From Raillietiella orientalis (Eukaryota), in assembly GCA_036172245.1 (NCBI GenBank), contig JAYWIR010000024.1, forward strand, positions 1,550,001 to 1,614,000: 64,000 nucleotides of DNA. The letters are read 5' to 3'. Shown here piece after piece: positions 62,451 through 64,000 of the stretch (within the stretch, counting starts at the first letter, position 1; every line of letters starts with the position of its first letter). Made by a program: the position numbers and the translations under genes. The notes under the pieces are model-generated. The model saw only the letters and a list, made by a program, of their open reading frames with translations. It was not told where the DNA came from and did not search any database.

Positions 62451-64000
62451 ATTTTGTGTATCACTACATACGCAACATTACCCGACCCTACAAAGGTTTT
62501 TGTACTGTACTTGACGTTTCTCAGGAGAACTCTCGATTAGTATGGAATAAATAAACAGACAGTAGATTGTTCTTTTTTTTTTTCGTCTGATTATCTGAAG
62601 AAACACAGGAAACACAAAGTGCTTATGTTAAAAATTTCTTTTTTATGAAATGAATTGTTCGCTTTCGACTCAAGCGTTAGAAATATAGTTTAGAAAAAAA
62701 AAAAAAAAAACATGGCGGACCGTTTCACAGTTCTCATATTTTGAATTGCTATTGCCATTTCCAGTTATTGTTCAAGTTCTAAAGAAGAATTTTAGTAAAC
62801 AAACGTAACATATATGAAAAAGAGGGGTATATATTGAAAATCATTGAAACGTCCAAATTTTCTTTCGGATTTGGAACAAAAAGTTTCAATTTCCCGAGTC
62901 CCCAATTGAAAAAAAAAATCCCCAATTGCCCTGTAGTGAAATTAAAATGGAGAGACACCAAGGTTCAGAGAGCCTTCAATTGCGTTTTACTGTTACTGAT
63001 AAATTCCCCAATTGAGACCAGTGTCCATGAACAAAGCTCCTATTCCCTCTATGGACTTCAACCACACCTTCGATGAAAAAAATGGTGGGAACAAAATGTT
63101 CTCAACTTGCAACGACTGTATCAAAGAAATGCAATTTATGAGCAGACAGCTGCAGTTTGGAATATCTTTGGAATCTGAACGCCATGAGTGATCTTCTAAA
63201 CATGCAGCTATAAGTAATCTGTAAGGGATCTGACCTCTGGCCCTGATCGTCAGCTTTGATCTGGTTCCTAGCTTTGCAAAATTTGATACTTTGAGCTTTG
63301 AAATCTCCGGAAAAAATGTATTTACCTGTTTTAAGAGTTCATTAGCTAGGGCTGAATTGCCCGGAATATTTCTGTTACTGCTGGATGTGTAAATGGAAAC
63401 CTGTAGAGAGCATGCTTTTTTGCTCCAGTTTTCTGTGCCGTGTGGGTTTCCTGTTTCCGGGAACCGTCTCATTGCTCCCATGTCAGGTGACTTGCGTGTG
63501 ATAATTTCAGAAAGTTCTGAGGAAAAAAAAAAAAAAACCGAAGTTGGGGAATCCAAAAGCATGAAATTTCAATAGCAGACTGCTGAGTTGCTAAATATCT
63601 TTAACTCGGCAGGTAGTTTGGGAAATTGAGTCTTTTTTGCAGTGATTGCCTTTTTAGAGTACACAAACTTTCCCAGAGCCGCCTTTTTGGCATGTTAACG
63701 CGGGCAATTATCGGTTATCAGGAATATATCTGAGTTTGGATCAACCCCAGAAAAACACGCAGTGAAGTGAGTTATGATGCAAAGGTATGCTTGGCAGGAA
63801 AATGACATTTTGTGGTGTTTGTTAAGACACCTGCTCTGAAATCACTTGCGAAATCTTGCCATGGCTGCAAAGAAGAAGAAGAATAAAATTATTTTTAATA
63901 ATAATTACGCCCTGTTTTTTACACTGAAGGAAAAGGCAATAAAAATATTATGTGATCCAGACTATTTATCAGTAGTAGCTTCTGTGTTGTTGATTGTTGA

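Noticed and set aside
62993..63562. 189-aa minus-strand ORF
   Set aside because: No recognisable domain. It starts across a homopolymer run and contains splice-like sites, so it cannot be supported as a CDS.
1..64000. Hammerhead or HDV ribozymes; frequent long homopolymers as functional signals
   Set aside because: The CTGANGA words I noticed by eye lacked flanking stems, and no HDV fold could be built by eye (a covariance search is needed). The homopolymers are ubiquitous and may partly reflect long-read error.

Overview
Eukaryotic, arthropod-like nuclear DNA (spliceosomal introns, a 5' fragment of U2 snRNA, mitochondrial genes read with TGA=Trp) that is dense with decayed transposable elements. 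All family assignments come from motif recognition by eye; no searches were run. (1) A minus-strand gene for a Patched-domain/NPC1-like sterol-sensing membrane protein has 7 clean GT-AG exons (23633 to 7278, 335 codons, phases consistent). An 8th, frameshifted exon runs into (2) a ~4.7 kb mitochondrial block (~1800-6500: nad6, cob, AT-rich region, rrnS, rrnL, nad1) whose rRNA-nad1 half is inverted relative to the usual arthropod order. This block is either an old NUMT or a noisy chimeric assembly segment. (3) A ~0.8-1 kb GC-rich repeat occurs in six copies or fragments. Three have a tRNA(His)-like Pol III head, and two run directly into LINE ORF1/ORF2 remnants, so it looks like a tRNA-headed LINE 5' UTR that also occurs alone. 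(4) The window also holds Tigger/pogo MITEs and transposase relics, a hATm-like transposase relic, AT-rich TIR elements, and several APE/RT LINE relics including a long RTE-like one. (5) Two tentative MCM8/MCMDC2-like relics are present, one nested antisense in the first coding intron of the Patched-like gene. Most entries in the ORF track are spurious GC-rich or antisense ORFs.
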